A stretch of DNA of 59,394 nucleotides, counting the filler. It is 3 parts of 3 records of this genome, joined end to end, with 100 filler letters (N's around TTAATTAATTAA, not from the genome) between each part and the next. Parts side by side here need not be neighbours in the genome. Positions count along the whole stretch, not along the records: positions 14,513 to 46,373 come from SRR20825019_85; 2 more parts are not named here. One strand, given 5' to 3'. Numbering within the stretch: the first letter of the stretch is position 1; every line of letters begins with the position of its first letter. Below, one piece after another: positions 30,669 to 41,266 of this stretch. Below the pieces are notes generated by a model, which did not search any database, was not told the DNA's origin, and worked only from the letters and a program-made list of their open reading frames with translations. Position numbers and translations under genes: made by a program.

Positions 30669-31102
30669 TTTCCACCAAGAGCAGCTCTAAACGGCCACGG
30701 AATTGAGATTAAAATTAGAATCAAGCCAAGTGTGTACGAAATCAAAATTTTTCTGTGCTTGTCTCGTGTTCCTTTTAATTTTTTCTCTGCCTTACTTCTT
30801 CCCATCGTTACAACAGCAATGGCAATGATCATCAACAGAATATGCTCCAAACCGTAAAATCTAAACATTCCTACGGACATCCATCCTTCAACGAATTGAA
30901 CCTTAGGTGACATAAAATATAATCCAAGTCCGATGAGCAACTGTACATGCAAAAATACCATCGCAAACAAGTTGATCATCTTGTCCTTTTTCTCATACTT
31001 CCCAGAAGTTTGAGATTTTGCTGCGTTGAAAATTGCAAAAAGTAACATTAGAAGTGCTACCCAACGTAATCCTGAATGTGCATGAACCAGTCCGTTATAC
31101 AT
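30659..31102 (-). CDS. Four-TM His-rich membrane protein (cytochrome b-like)
   Basis: HAHSGLRW, HVQLLIG, LEH, C-terminal IPWPF; four hydrophobic segments. Confidence 0.65.
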   Translation of the reverse strand: MYNGLVHAHSGLRWVALLMLLFAIFNAAKSQTSGKYEKKDKMINLFAMVFLHVQLLIGLGLYFMSPKVQFVEGWMSVGMFRFYGLEHILLMIIAIAVVTMGRSKAEKKLKGTRDKHRKILISYTLGLILILISIPWPFRAALGGKWF

Positions 31103-31191
31103 AATCTTTAGTTTTTAACAAAAATACTAAAATGGGCGACTGTATACCGAGGAATGAACATGATATCAACGCATTTTTTTAATTTCACGCT

Positions 31192-34100
31192 ATGATTCTC
31201 AAAAGAACTGTTCTCTCCGCCCTTTTTGGAATGTTCGCATTGTACTCGAATGTTCTAATTGCTCAGACCCCGCAAAACGGTCTGAAACCCTCTCGCCCAG
31301 AGGTGTACGCGCTCACAAACGCCACTGTATATGTATCTCCAGACAAGAAAATTGAAGGCGCAACAGTGATCATAGAAGGTGATAAAATCGTGAAAATGGG
31401 AAGCCTGGTCAAGATCCCAAATAACGCTATCGAAATTGATTGTTCAAATAAGATTATCATTCCATCATTTATTGAGTTATACTCTTCGATTGGAATTCCT
31501 GAACAAAAACGAGAAGGATGGAATCCCAACCCGCAAACAGAATCAAGTAAAAAAGGCGCTTACTATTGGAATGAAAGCATCCAGCCTGAAACAGATGCGG
31601 CGCAATTATACACTCAGGATTCGAAAGCAGAGGACGAACTTATTTCCAAGGGGTTTGGATATGCTTTAACGCATGTTCAGAACGGAATCGCTCGCGGAAA
31701 GGGCGCATTTGTGGCTTTAGGGGCTCATCCAGAGGATCAATCGCTTACAACGTGGACAAAAACAAGTTTTTATTCTTTTAACAAAGGAACTTCTCGCCAA
31801 TCTTATCCATCTTCTCAAATGGGTTCGATCGCACTTTTACGACAAGCATTTTACGATGCCGTTTGGTATAAAAACACTCAGCCGCTTGAAAAAAACCTTT
31901 CCTTGGAGGCATTAAATAGCCAGTCTAGCAACGTTCTCTTTTTCAACGTTGAAGATCATTGGGAAATTCTTCGCGCTCAGAAAATTGGGAAAGAGTTCAA
32001 TTTAAAATTCAACTATATTGGCTCAGGATCCGAGTATTCAATCATTGAAGAACTTAAAGAATTCAAAGGAAGCATAGTAATTCCAATTGACTTTCCAGCG
32101 GCGTATGACGTTACTAACCCTTATGTTGCACGACAAATTCCATTAAGCGATTTAAAACATTGGGACCTCGCTCCTAAAAACCCTGCAATCCTTGCCGAAA
32201 ATGGCATCAAATTCTGTATTTCTTCAGTTGGACATAAAACGTCGAAAGATTTCTGGGAACATTTACGATTGGCAATTAAGCACGGTTTGAGTGAAAAAGA
32301 TGCATTAGCGGCTTTGACAACTTATCCGGCAGCGTTAATAGGAATCGACGAAGAAACTGGAACTCTTGAAGTTGGTAAAAAAGCGAGTTTTGCAATTTAT
32401 GATTTGAATCCGTTCCAAGAAAAGGCAACTATCCTTGAATCATGGGTACTCGGAAATAGAAAGGTGATTTCTATTGCTCCGTTAGAAGGCATTGCTAGCA
32501 CCTATAATTTACTAATCGATCAGCGTAAATTTCCATTGGTCATTGAAGGAGAAGGAGATCAATTTAAAGGGAAAATTAACTATCCGATGATGGTGATGAA
32601 GGATGGTATTTCTAAGATCGACACATTTAAAATTGTCCCGAAAATTCTGGTGAGTCAGAATGATATTACCATTCAATTCGCTATTTCCGATACACTCTGG
32701 AAAGGAAGCGTAAATCTCCGAGGGAAAATTAACACTAAACTAGGCGTATTTGAGGGCGAAGGAATGATCCCCTCAGGTAAGTGGGTGAAATGGTCGGCTG
32801 TAAGAAGCGGCAAATCGAAAGATGTCGTTAAAGACCAAACACCAGCACCGTCTCTCATAGACAGCAATACGGTAGTTTGGTTTCCTAATATGGCTTACGG
32901 CTTTGATTCAATTCCAGCCTCTGAAAACCTCATCATTGAGAATGCTACTATTTGGACAAACGAAAGTGATGGAATTTTGACGAAAGCTTCGATTGTCATT
33001 CAAAATGGTAAAATCACCTACTGTGGAACGGGAAGTTTCTCTCGCCCAAAAAACGCGCGTGTGATTGATGCCAATGGAATGCACGTAACTTCGGGGATTA
33101 TCGATGAGCATTCGCATATCGCGATTTCAAAAGGAGTAAACGAAGGAGGACAAGCGATTGTTGCTGAAGTTTCCATCGGAGACGTTGTGCATTCAGATGA
33201 CATTAATATTTACAGACAACTTTCAGGTGGAGTTACCACTGCCCAATTATTACATGGTTCTGCAGATCCAATTGGCGGTCAATCGGCGCTTATTAAGCTC
33301 AAATGGGGATCAACACCTGAGGAAATGCTTATAGATGACGCCCCTAAGTTTATCAAGTTCGCCCTAGGAGAAAATGTTAAACAATCCAACTGGGGAAGCT
33401 ACAACACGGTTCGATTCCCGCAAACTCGCATGGGCGTTGAACAAGTTTACTTTGATGGATTTAGCAGAGCGCGCACGTACTTGGATGATAAAAAGCGATT
33501 TACTTCGGGCAATCTAAAGATTAAGCCTCGCATAGATCTCGAACTAGAAGTACTTGCTGAAATTCTACAAGGAAATCGTTTCATTACCTGTCACTCTTAT
33601 GTTCAATCTGAGATCAATATGCTCATGCACGTGGCCGATTCAATGGGGTTCAAAATCAACACATTCACGCATATTTTGGAAGGATATAAACTAGCCGACA
33701 AAATGGCTAAACATGGTGCTGGAGCATCGACCTTTTCGGACTGGTGGGCCTATAAATACGAAGTAAATGACGCAATTCCCTACAATGCAGTAATGCTTCA
33801 CGATCAAGGAGTAGTTGTTGCCATTAACTCAGACGACGCCGAGATGGGGAGAAGACTCAATCAAGAAGCGGCTAAAGCTGTTAAGTACGGTGGAATGTCA
33901 GAAGAGAACGCTTGGAAAATGGTTACTTTGAACCCTGCTAAACTCCTTCACTTAGACGATAGAATTGGTTCGCTAAAAGTGGGGAAAGATGCGGATATCG
34001 TGATTTGGAGTGATAATCCACTTTCCATTTTAGCAAAGGTAAACTACTCAATTATTGAAGGAGCTGTTCTTTACGACGCCTCTGCACAAGATAGTCTACA

Positions 34101-34254
34101 ACAACGAAATTCAGCAGAACGCGCTAGAATTATTGCGAAAATGCTGGATGCAAACATCGATGGAAGCAAGCAAGAATTCGTTAAGAAGAAAAAAGGACAT
34201 TTCCATTGTAACACGCTAGGTGAAGAAGCCAGCACAGAAGAAAATCATCACTAA
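31192..34254 (+). CDS. Exported amidohydrolase family protein with two amidohydrolase modules
   Basis: Two G.L.VGK.A motifs; the C-terminal module has IDEHSH, CHSY, FTH and NSD. Confidence 0.88.
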   Translation: MILKRTVLSALFGMFALYSNVLIAQTPQNGLKPSRPEVYALTNATVYVSPDKKIEGATVIIEGDKIVKMGSLVKIPNNAIEIDCSNKIIIPSFIELYSSIGIPEQKREGWNPNPQTESSKKGAYYWNESIQPETDAAQLYTQDSKAEDELISKGFGYALTHVQNGIARGKGAFVALGAHPEDQSLTTWTKTSFYSFNKGTSRQSYPSSQMGSIALLRQAFYDAVWYKNTQPLEKNLSLEALNSQSSNVLFFNVEDHWEILRAQKIGKEFNLKFNYIGSGSEYSIIEELKEFKGSIVIPIDFPAAYDVTNPYVARQIPLSDLKHWDLAPKNPAILAENGIKFCISSVGHKTSKDFWEHLRLAIKHGLSEKDALAALTTYPAALIGIDEETGTLEVGKKASFAIYDLNPFQEKATILESWVLGNRKVISIAPLEGIASTYNLLIDQRKFPLVIEGEGDQFKGKINYPMMVMKDGISKIDTFKIVPKILVSQNDITIQFAISDTLWKGSVNLRGKINTKLGVFEGEGMIPSGKWVKWSAVRSGKSKDVVKDQTPAPSLIDSNTVVWFPNMAYGFDSIPASENLIIENATIWTNESDGILTKASIVIQNGKITYCGTGSFSRPKNARVIDANGMHVTSGIIDEHSHIAISKGVNEGGQAIVAEVSIGDVVHSDDINIYRQLSGGVTTAQLLHGSADPIGGQSALIKLKWGSTPEEMLIDDAPKFIKFALGENVKQSNWGSYNTVRFPQTRMGVEQVYFDGFSRARTYLDDKKRFTSGNLKIKPRIDLELEVLAEILQGNRFITCHSYVQSEINMLMHVADSMGFKINTFTHILEGYKLADKMAKHGAGASTFSDWWAYKYEVNDAIPYNAVMLHDQGVVVAINSDDAEMGRRLNQEAAKAVKYGGMSEENAWKMVTLNPAKLLHLDDRIGSLKVGKDADIVIWSDNPLSILAKVNYSIIEGAVLYDASAQDSLQQRNSAERARIIAKMLDANIDGSKQEFVKKKKGHFHCNTLGEEASTEENHH

Positions 34255-34256
34255 TT

Positions 34257-35540
34257 ATGAAGCAGTTACTTACACTTATTGGATTTTTTGCGGTATTCTC
34301 ACTGTTTGGTCAGGAGTCAAAGAATATTTTAATCCTCCACGGAAGACTTCATGTTGGAAATGGTGAGGTTGTTGAAAGCGCCGCTATTGGAATTAAACAA
34401 GGGAAAATTGAGTTTGTTAAAAATTCACTGGCTTTTACTTACGATGTAAATGATTGGGATACGATTATCAACGCTACACGACAAGAAATTTACCCAGGAT
34501 TTGTTGCGCCCAATTCGACTTTAGGAATTACGGAAATTGATGCCGTGAGAGCTACAAACGATTTTAACGATGTCGGAATTTACAATCCGCATGTGAGGGC
34601 ACAAATTGCCTTTAATGTGGAATCGAAGATTATTAGCACGGTGCGAACAAATGGAGTCCTTATTTCTCAAGCGACACCAAGAGGCGGAATCATTTCCGGA
34701 AGCTCAGCTGTTATGGCACTTGATGGGTGGAACTGGGAAGATGCTACGATTCAAAAAGACGACGGAATTCACCTCAACTGGCCTTCGAGTATGCAAGGCG
34801 GCGGTTGGTGGGCCGAACCTTCTCAGAAGAAAAGAAATGAAAAATACGATGAGCAACGCAGAGAAATAATTGAGTTCTTTCAGCTTGCAAAAGCGTATGC
34901 TCAAACGAAGAGCCCTGAGAATTCAGATTTGCGTCTCGAAGCTATGCGTGCTTGTTTTGAAGGAAGCAAACGCGTTTATATTCACGCTAACGAGTTACAA
35001 GAGCTAACGGATGTAATCGAATTCGCTTTAGACTTAGGATTAAAGTTTCCAGTGATTGTTGGTGGCTACGATGCTCATTTGGTAGGACGCCAACTAAAAG
35101 ACGCGCATATTCCAGTTATGGTGGTTAAGCCGCACAGCTTGCCCGAAAACGAAGATGATGCCCTTGATCACCCGTTTGAACTTCCTTTGCTTTTAAGAAA
35201 AGAAGGCGTTCAGTTTTGTATTCAAAATGAGGGAGACATGGAAGCAATGAACGCTCGAAACATTCCGTTTTTAGCAGGAACAGCTATGGCCTATGGTTTA
35301 AGTCTAGAAGAAGCGATAAGTTCAGTTTCGCTTTGGAGTTGCCAAATCTTAGGAATTGACAAAAACTACGGAAGCGTAGAGAAGGGAAAGTCTGCAACTT
35401 TGTTCATTTCAAAAGGAAATGCGCTCGATATGCGCTCGAACGCGGTTACAACAGGACTGATCGATGGAAATTTCATTTCTACTTCGAATTTTCAAAATGA
35501 TTTATACGAGAAGTACTCTAAAAAGTACTCCGACAATTAA
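34257..35540 (+). CDS. Amidohydrolase-like protein (degenerate metal site)
   Basis: IYPGFVAPNSTLG replaces HxH; GSVEKGKSATL. Confidence 0.8.
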   Translation: MKQLLTLIGFFAVFSLFGQESKNILILHGRLHVGNGEVVESAAIGIKQGKIEFVKNSLAFTYDVNDWDTIINATRQEIYPGFVAPNSTLGITEIDAVRATNDFNDVGIYNPHVRAQIAFNVESKIISTVRTNGVLISQATPRGGIISGSSAVMALDGWNWEDATIQKDDGIHLNWPSSMQGGGWWAEPSQKKRNEKYDEQRREIIEFFQLAKAYAQTKSPENSDLRLEAMRACFEGSKRVYIHANELQELTDVIEFALDLGLKFPVIVGGYDAHLVGRQLKDAHIPVMVVKPHSLPENEDDALDHPFELPLLLRKEGVQFCIQNEGDMEAMNARNIPFLAGTAMAYGLSLEEAISSVSLWSCQILGIDKNYGSVEKGKSATLFISKGNALDMRSNAVTTGLIDGNFISTSNFQNDLYEKYSKKYSDN

Positions 35541-35555
35541 TATCCGACTTACAGA

Positions 35556-35594
35556 AAACAAAAAGGGAGCGATATAGTCGCTCCCTTTTTGTTT
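35556..35594. terminator. Bidirectional intrinsic terminator
   Basis: 17-bp stem AAACAAAAAGGGAGCGA / TCGCTCCCTTTTTGTTT between convergent genes. Confidence 0.85.
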
Positions 35595-35608
35595 AACATT
35601 TGAATATT

Positions 35609-35938
35609 TTACATGTTCAAAGACTTTCTCGAAGTACTCACTTTTTCCTCTACTTCGACTTGCGCATCGGTCGCTTTTTGAACAACTTCTTTCCTCGTTT
35701 CGGATGCTTTTTGTTTTACTTCTTCTTTAACGGTTGTTTCAACGTCCTTTTTCACTTCCTCCATTTTCTCAGTCGCTTCTTCGGTCGCTTGATCAAACAT
35801 TCCTTCAATCTCTTTTTTCGCGTCTTCCATTGCTGCGTCTATATCTCCTTCCTGCGTCGTTTCAACAGAACTAGTACATGCGGTCATCCCAATTGCTGTA
35901 ACAACAGCAGCGGCAAACAAAAATCTTTTTTTCATCAT
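35609..35938 (-). CDS. Small charged helical lipoprotein, hypothetical
   Basis: Lipobox MTAC; E/K/T-rich. Confidence 0.7.
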   Translation of the reverse strand: MMKKRFLFAAAVVTAIGMTACTSSVETTQEGDIDAAMEDAKKEIEGMFDQATEEATEKMEEVKKDVETTVKEEVKQKASETRKEVVQKATDAQVEVEEKVSTSRKSLNM

Positions 35939-36000
35939 TGTTGGTTTTAGTTTCTCTTTCGAATCTAGTAAAATCTAAGCACTTATGAAAATATCCCCTC

Positions 36001-37722
36001 TTATTTCTGTACGATCATCGTTTGCGATGAAACACGTCCATCTTGCAGTAAACGAACCAGATACGTTCCAGTTGAGAGCTTGTCTAAATTCAGTTTGTTT
36101 TTCGTTTCAGTAACCACATCCAAAGAAATCATCACTCTGCCAGAAAGGTCTACCACTTCAATTCTATCTACTTCTGTTCCTTGCACATCCACATAAATAA
36201 AATCATTCGCTGGATTTGGATAAATGCGCCAAGTAAAGTAAGATTCTTCCGCTATCCCAACATTAACCCCAGTTGGAGCCGAAGTGTACTCACAACCAAA
36301 TTCATCCGTTAAGAGAACCGTATAATTTCCAGCAACAAGAGGAATAGCAACTTCGAAGGTATCTGCAAGAATAATCGTATTATCGACATACCATTGAACG
36401 TCATAATTTCCGGCATTCGTTACGATCAGATTTCCTGCAGAGTTTAGTTCCACTATCGGCAAGAAAGTCGGAGAACAATACACCGCCAAAACTGTATCTG
36501 AATAAGAAACACAGCCGTTTGCGTTTATTGAAATCACATGATAATTTCCTGACATCGTAACATTATGCGTTGGGTTTGTTGCCCCTGAGATAGAACCTCC
36601 ATTGACATACCATTGAATTGAATTTCCAACCGCAGTTGTAGACAATGTGCTCGTGAGTGAGTCATACGAAATACTAGGAACCGCTGGATATCCACTAACG
36701 TAAACCGTATCTACGGAAATAACAGCTGGCGATGGTAATATTTGTTGATAAGTGATTGAATAGTTGATGTTGGAAGTTCCCGCCCCACAACCATTACAGC
36801 CAGCAATATTTAATGTATGCACTCCCATATAATCATCAGCTCCGAAGAGGATTTCACCAGCATCCGACTCCCAAATTTCAATGGTGTAAGTATTTGCTGG
36901 GTTTAAGATGACATTGGTTGTCCAGCTCACTGGTGGGTTTGTGTTAGCAATAATTCCTGATTGACTATAAACCGACCCATTTTCAAACAAAATATAATAC
37001 GCGTCGGCATCATCATACGATGGAAATCCGCCGCCATAACCACTCATACTGTTGATTGTCACCCCAGTCAACGTGTACAAATTCACCGTATCAAGAACTG
37101 CCCAAGCTTCATAATTCACAGTATACGTTCCCGGCGTTGAATAAATCTGAGGAGATGGATTTTCTAACGATGACAAGTTTCCATTCCCGAAATCCCAAGA
37201 ATAGCTAAGAAGTCCAGGATTGTTATTGGTAAATGAAACCGTTTGAGGTGCGCAACCTGTTGCTCCAAGCATACTGAATCCGTTATTAGAAACGGGAACA
37301 TTATTCGGAAGGATCTCCATAAATACAGAAAGTGTCGTTGGAATTCCTTGCGCAACGGTTAAATCAGCTATAACAGCCACATCAACTTGATATTGACCTG
37401 CCAATAATGGTGTGCCATAAACATTTACACATCCATATTGATTTACTTGCGGATTGTAATTACATCCATTCGCCGAATTATTGCACTGCCAAGACAATCC
37501 AACAGGTAAAGAAATCGAGATTATTTCAAAATTTGTAAAATCAAATCCCATTGTGTCCGTCGGTAGAACAAATGTGATGTCTTCATTGTAGACTTGCCCC
37601 ACATAGCCTACAGGCATTGTGTCTGGGTAAATTCCTGGCTGAGTTTGCGAAAAATCAATTAAGCATTGAGCACCAACAATCATTGGAAAACTCATTAGTA
37701 GCAGGAGTAGATATTTTTTCAT
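36001..37722 (-). CDS. PKD-domain protein with T9SS type A sorting domain
   Basis: YSWDFGNG..S.LENP...YSTPGTYTV; C-terminal IYPNPA...DLSGR...GTYLV. Confidence 0.85.
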   Translation of the reverse strand: MKKYLLLLLMSFPMIVGAQCLIDFSQTQPGIYPDTMPVGYVGQVYNEDITFVLPTDTMGFDFTNFEIISISLPVGLSWQCNNSANGCNYNPQVNQYGCVNVYGTPLLAGQYQVDVAVIADLTVAQGIPTTLSVFMEILPNNVPVSNNGFSMLGATGCAPQTVSFTNNNPGLLSYSWDFGNGNLSSLENPSPQIYSTPGTYTVNYEAWAVLDTVNLYTLTGVTINSMSGYGGGFPSYDDADAYYILFENGSVYSQSGIIANTNPPVSWTTNVILNPANTYTIEIWESDAGEILFGADDYMGVHTLNIAGCNGCGAGTSNINYSITYQQILPSPAVISVDTVYVSGYPAVPSISYDSLTSTLSTTAVGNSIQWYVNGGSISGATNPTHNVTMSGNYHVISINANGCVSYSDTVLAVYCSPTFLPIVELNSAGNLIVTNAGNYDVQWYVDNTIILADTFEVAIPLVAGNYTVLLTDEFGCEYTSAPTGVNVGIAEESYFTWRIYPNPANDFIYVDVQGTEVDRIEVVDLSGRVMISLDVVTETKNKLNLDKLSTGTYLVRLLQDGRVSSQTMIVQK

Positions 37723-37871
37723 AGTGTTTCAGTTTAACCTATGCAAGATAATGATTTTGTTTTATGTTAACCTAAGAATCAACAAATTATGAATTGTACC
37801 GATCAATTGGCATTTCTGATCGCATTTTATTAAATTTGAATCATTCTAAATAATTAATAAAAAATAAAGAA

Positions 37872-38471
37872 ATGGGATTCGAACTACCAACATTATCATA
37901 CGCGTACGACGCACTAGAGCCACATATTGATGCAAGAACTATGGAGATCCATCATTCTAAGCACCACGCTGGTTATACAAACAATTTAAACGCGGCAATT
38001 GAAGGAACTGAATTTGCTGGAAAAAGCATCGAAGAAATCCTTAAGTCTTGTAAAGATTCTCCTGCGGTTAGAAATAACGGAGGAGGATTTTGGAATCACA
38101 GTTTATTCTGGTCAGTAATGAGTCCAACTGGTGGAGGAACTCCTTCTGGAGAGCTTGCTGATGCGATTAACTCGGCATTTGGATCTTTCGACGGATTCAA
38201 AGAAGCATTTTCTAAAGCTGCGGCAACTCGATTCGGTTCTGGATGGGCTTGGCTATGTGTTTCTAACGGAAAATTAGAAGTATGCTCAACAGCTAATCAA
38301 GACAACCCAATTATGGGAGAAGGATGCTCAGGAACACCAATTTTAGGATTGGACGTTTGGGAGCATGCTTACTACTTGAATTACCAAAACCGTCGCCCTG
38401 ATTACATCAACGCATTTTTTAGTGTAATTAACTGGTCGAAAGTAACTGAGTTGTACAACGCAGCGAAGTAA
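37872..38471 (+). CDS. sodA: Superoxide dismutase, Mn-type signature
   Basis: [30 protein letters not shown]. The GGG and NQD signatures favour Mn or cambialistic over Fe. Confidence 0.93.
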   Translation: MGFELPTLSYAYDALEPHIDARTMEIHHSKHHAGYTNNLNAAIEGTEFAGKSIEEILKSCKDSPAVRNNGGGFWNHSLFWSVMSPTGGGTPSGELADAINSAFGSFDGFKEAFSKAAATRFGSGWAWLCVSNGKLEVCSTANQDNPIMGEGCSGTPILGLDVWEHAYYLNYQNRRPDYINAFFSVINWSKVTELYNAAK

Positions 38472-38492
38472 AAACGAACTTAAAGTAGTGAC

Positions 38493-38528
38493 AAAGGCAT
38501 TCTTCATGGTGAAGGATGTCTTTTTTTT
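38493..38528 (+). terminator. Intrinsic terminator after sodA
   Basis: AAAGGCATTCTTCA / TGAAGGATGTCTTT stem (with G-U pairs) plus T-run. Confidence 0.7.
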
Positions 38529-38639
38529 GTTAAAAATATAGTTCAATCATTGTTAATCCTGTGAAATACAAAACATTAATCTCAATTATTCACTGTTCAA
38601 TTGAATTAATTCCTACCTTATTATCTAAATTTCAACCTT

Positions 38640-41153
38640 ATGAAAACACGACTACTTTTCACTCTAATTGGTTCGCTGATTAGTTATTCACTTTTTTCTG
38701 CAACAGGAGGCCCTGATTCTTACGGCTATGTTTGGACGGACAGCAATGAACCTGGTGGCCCCACCTACAGTTGGGTCGATATTTCAACAACAGGAACCTT
38801 GGTTACGGGACTTGGAGACGATAACTCCGCAGCAGCTGTGAGTATGGGAATGAATTTCCACTATTATTGGGGAGATTACAATCAACTCAAAATAGGCTCC
38901 AATGGATGGCTCAGCTTCGAAAATACTTCGAATATTGCGCACTGCTTTCCTTTAATCCCGACATCTGGTGGCTCTGCAGATACATACTTAGCGCCGTTCA
39001 TGTCTGATCTCAATTTCACAGGTGCAGGTAATACAGGAGAAGTCTACTATGAATTTGATGCTCCTAACGATCGTTTCATTGTGAGTTATTTAAATGTTCC
39101 TTGGTGGACAGCAACTGCACCCAATTATGTAGGGTCAAATAGCTTTCAAGTGATTTTTAACAATAGCGATTCATCCATTGTTTTTCAATATCAAAACATT
39201 TCTGCTGGCGTATTTAACAATTTGACAACCTGTTCTTCTGATGTCGTGATAGGCATTGAAGGTCCTACGGGGGCGATTGGTTTAACGGCTTATGTTGATG
39301 CTCTTCCTCCTTCTTCAAATTATGCTATTCGCTTTGCATACCCGAATCCTGTTCTGCTTCAAGTTCCAGACATTTCGGCAAAATGGAATTCGAATCTCGA
39401 AAGCGGCGGCGAATTTTACAATCTAGGGACTACTTTTCCTGTCTTAGTAAATGTGGCTAGCGTGGGTAATTCCGACGTTACTACTTCTATTGGAGTAAAT
39501 GTCGTCATTCGAAATATTGCGAACATAAGCGTAGGGAATTATAGCGCAACACTATCAACTGGATTGAACGCAGGAACAGACACAACCTTTTCCTTCAATT
39601 GGACACCTCCGTATGTCGGGCAATTCAAAGTTGAAACAACCATTACAAATAGCAGCGATATCAATTCAACGAATAATACGCGTACCACGGAGTTAGAAGT
39701 CATCAATCAACAAGTGACCAATTCCAGAATGAGCTATGTGAGCGCAGGAAATGCCAATACAGGAACGTTATTATGGAACAGTGGAGCAAATCAGGGATGT
39801 GGAATATTTATTGAACCTCCATCCTATCCATTTTATGTCGATTCAATAGGCGCGTATATCGTTCAACTCGGCGCGAGTGCCAACATCACCTTAGAATTAT
39901 TTGCAGCAGATGGCCCAAACAATTCACCAGGAACTCTTTTGCATTCCGAAATTATTCCTTCAGCATCAGTTAGCGTGAACGGATGGGTTCGATCCGCAAT
40001 TCCAAATCCAGCTATTATTAACTCAAATGGAATGTATGTATCTTGGAAACAACCAGATGCTACGAGTCTCGCAATTGGAGTAACTACAGAAGCCCCACTG
40101 TCAAGAAGAGGATATGAATACCTTGGAAGCTGGGCAGAATACCGCGATAATGAACTTCAAGAGCTAATGTTAGAAGCATTCGGTTTTTCTGTTTGTGCAG
40201 GATTGGATTTAACAACGACTAATGTTCAACACATCACCTGTTTTGGTGATTCAACTGGTTCTATAAACATGACAACCTCTGGAGGTGTTCCAGGATCAAA
40301 CGGTTACGCGTACAGTTGGACAAACTATATGGGAACTGACGAAGATCCTACCAATCTTGGTGCTGGAACTTATCAAGTAACGGTTACCGATTCGCTAGGA
40401 TGTACTAGAACCAACTCAGTTGTAATCAATCAACCTACTGAAATTAATATCTCAGTTGTTAACGTACAAGATGTCTTGTGTAATGGCGGAATCTCAGGAG
40501 CAATAGACACGGATGTTTCTGGTGGAACCCCAGGGACTTCGGGATACACTTATTCATGGACAAACTACAGTGGAATCACTGGCGACGCAAGCGGAATAGG
40601 TGCTGGTTCTTATATTCTCACAGTAACGGACGAAAACGGTTGTTCTGTGCAAGAGACAATTATAGTAGGTCAACCTGCAGCAATCAATATTACAGCTTCC
40701 GTTACGGATGTGATGACAGGTGGAGACGGCAGCATTGATCTAACCGTAACTGGTGGAGTTGGTCCTTATCAATATAGCTGGACAAATGGCGCGGGAACAG
40801 TTGAAGATCCTTCCAACTTGGCGGCAGGAACATACATCGTGACTGTCACCGATGCGAACGGATGTGTTCAGTCATTTAGTGTGATTGTTGGTAGTCAAGT
40901 AGGACTGAACGAAAACGGCATTGATCAAAGCTGGTCGCTTTTCCCGAATCCGACGAGTGGTGAGTTTACCATTTCCATGTCTGAAACTTCAGTGCAGAAC
41001 GGGCTTGTTGAAGTAAAAGATCTCAGCGGACGACTTATTTACTCGAACACTTTTTCTTCGGATATACAAATCCACCTAAATGAAGCTGGGGTTTATTTCG
41101 TCACCATCTTTAATGAAACAGGAATCTCTACAAAAGAAATAATCATTCACTAA
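38640..41153 (+). CDS. T9SS type A cargo protein with SprB repeats
   Basis: Three C/DG.G.I...GG...Y.YSW...L.AG.Y.VTVTD..GC repeats; C-terminal LFPNPTSG...DLSGR...GVYFV. Confidence 0.85.
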   Translation: MKTRLLFTLIGSLISYSLFSATGGPDSYGYVWTDSNEPGGPTYSWVDISTTGTLVTGLGDDNSAAAVSMGMNFHYYWGDYNQLKIGSNGWLSFENTSNIAHCFPLIPTSGGSADTYLAPFMSDLNFTGAGNTGEVYYEFDAPNDRFIVSYLNVPWWTATAPNYVGSNSFQVIFNNSDSSIVFQYQNISAGVFNNLTTCSSDVVIGIEGPTGAIGLTAYVDALPPSSNYAIRFAYPNPVLLQVPDISAKWNSNLESGGEFYNLGTTFPVLVNVASVGNSDVTTSIGVNVVIRNIANISVGNYSATLSTGLNAGTDTTFSFNWTPPYVGQFKVETTITNSSDINSTNNTRTTELEVINQQVTNSRMSYVSAGNANTGTLLWNSGANQGCGIFIEPPSYPFYVDSIGAYIVQLGASANITLELFAADGPNNSPGTLLHSEIIPSASVSVNGWVRSAIPNPAIINSNGMYVSWKQPDATSLAIGVTTEAPLSRRGYEYLGSWAEYRDNELQELMLEAFGFSVCAGLDLTTTNVQHITCFGDSTGSINMTTSGGVPGSNGYAYSWTNYMGTDEDPTNLGAGTYQVTVTDSLGCTRTNSVVINQPTEINISVVNVQDVLCNGGISGAIDTDVSGGTPGTSGYTYSWTNYSGITGDASGIGAGSYILTVTDENGCSVQETIIVGQPAAINITASVTDVMTGGDGSIDLTVTGGVGPYQYSWTNGAGTVEDPSNLAAGTYIVTVTDANGCVQSFSVIVGSQVGLNENGIDQSWSLFPNPTSGEFTISMSETSVQNGLVEVKDLSGRLIYSNTFSSDIQIHLNEAGVYFVTIFNETGISTKEIIIH

Positions 41154-41169
41154 ACACCATTATTCACGG

Positions 41170-41198
41170 GAGCTCGTCACACTGGCGAGCTCTTTTTT
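41170..41198 (+). terminator. Intrinsic terminator
   Basis: GAGCTCGTCA / TGGCGAGCTC stem plus T-run. Confidence 0.7.
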
Positions 41199-41266
41199 AT
41201 TTAGTCATGTCCTCTTTAGGTGTAACAAATCTTCGGTTGTTGAATTATATATTTAAACCAACTGTT

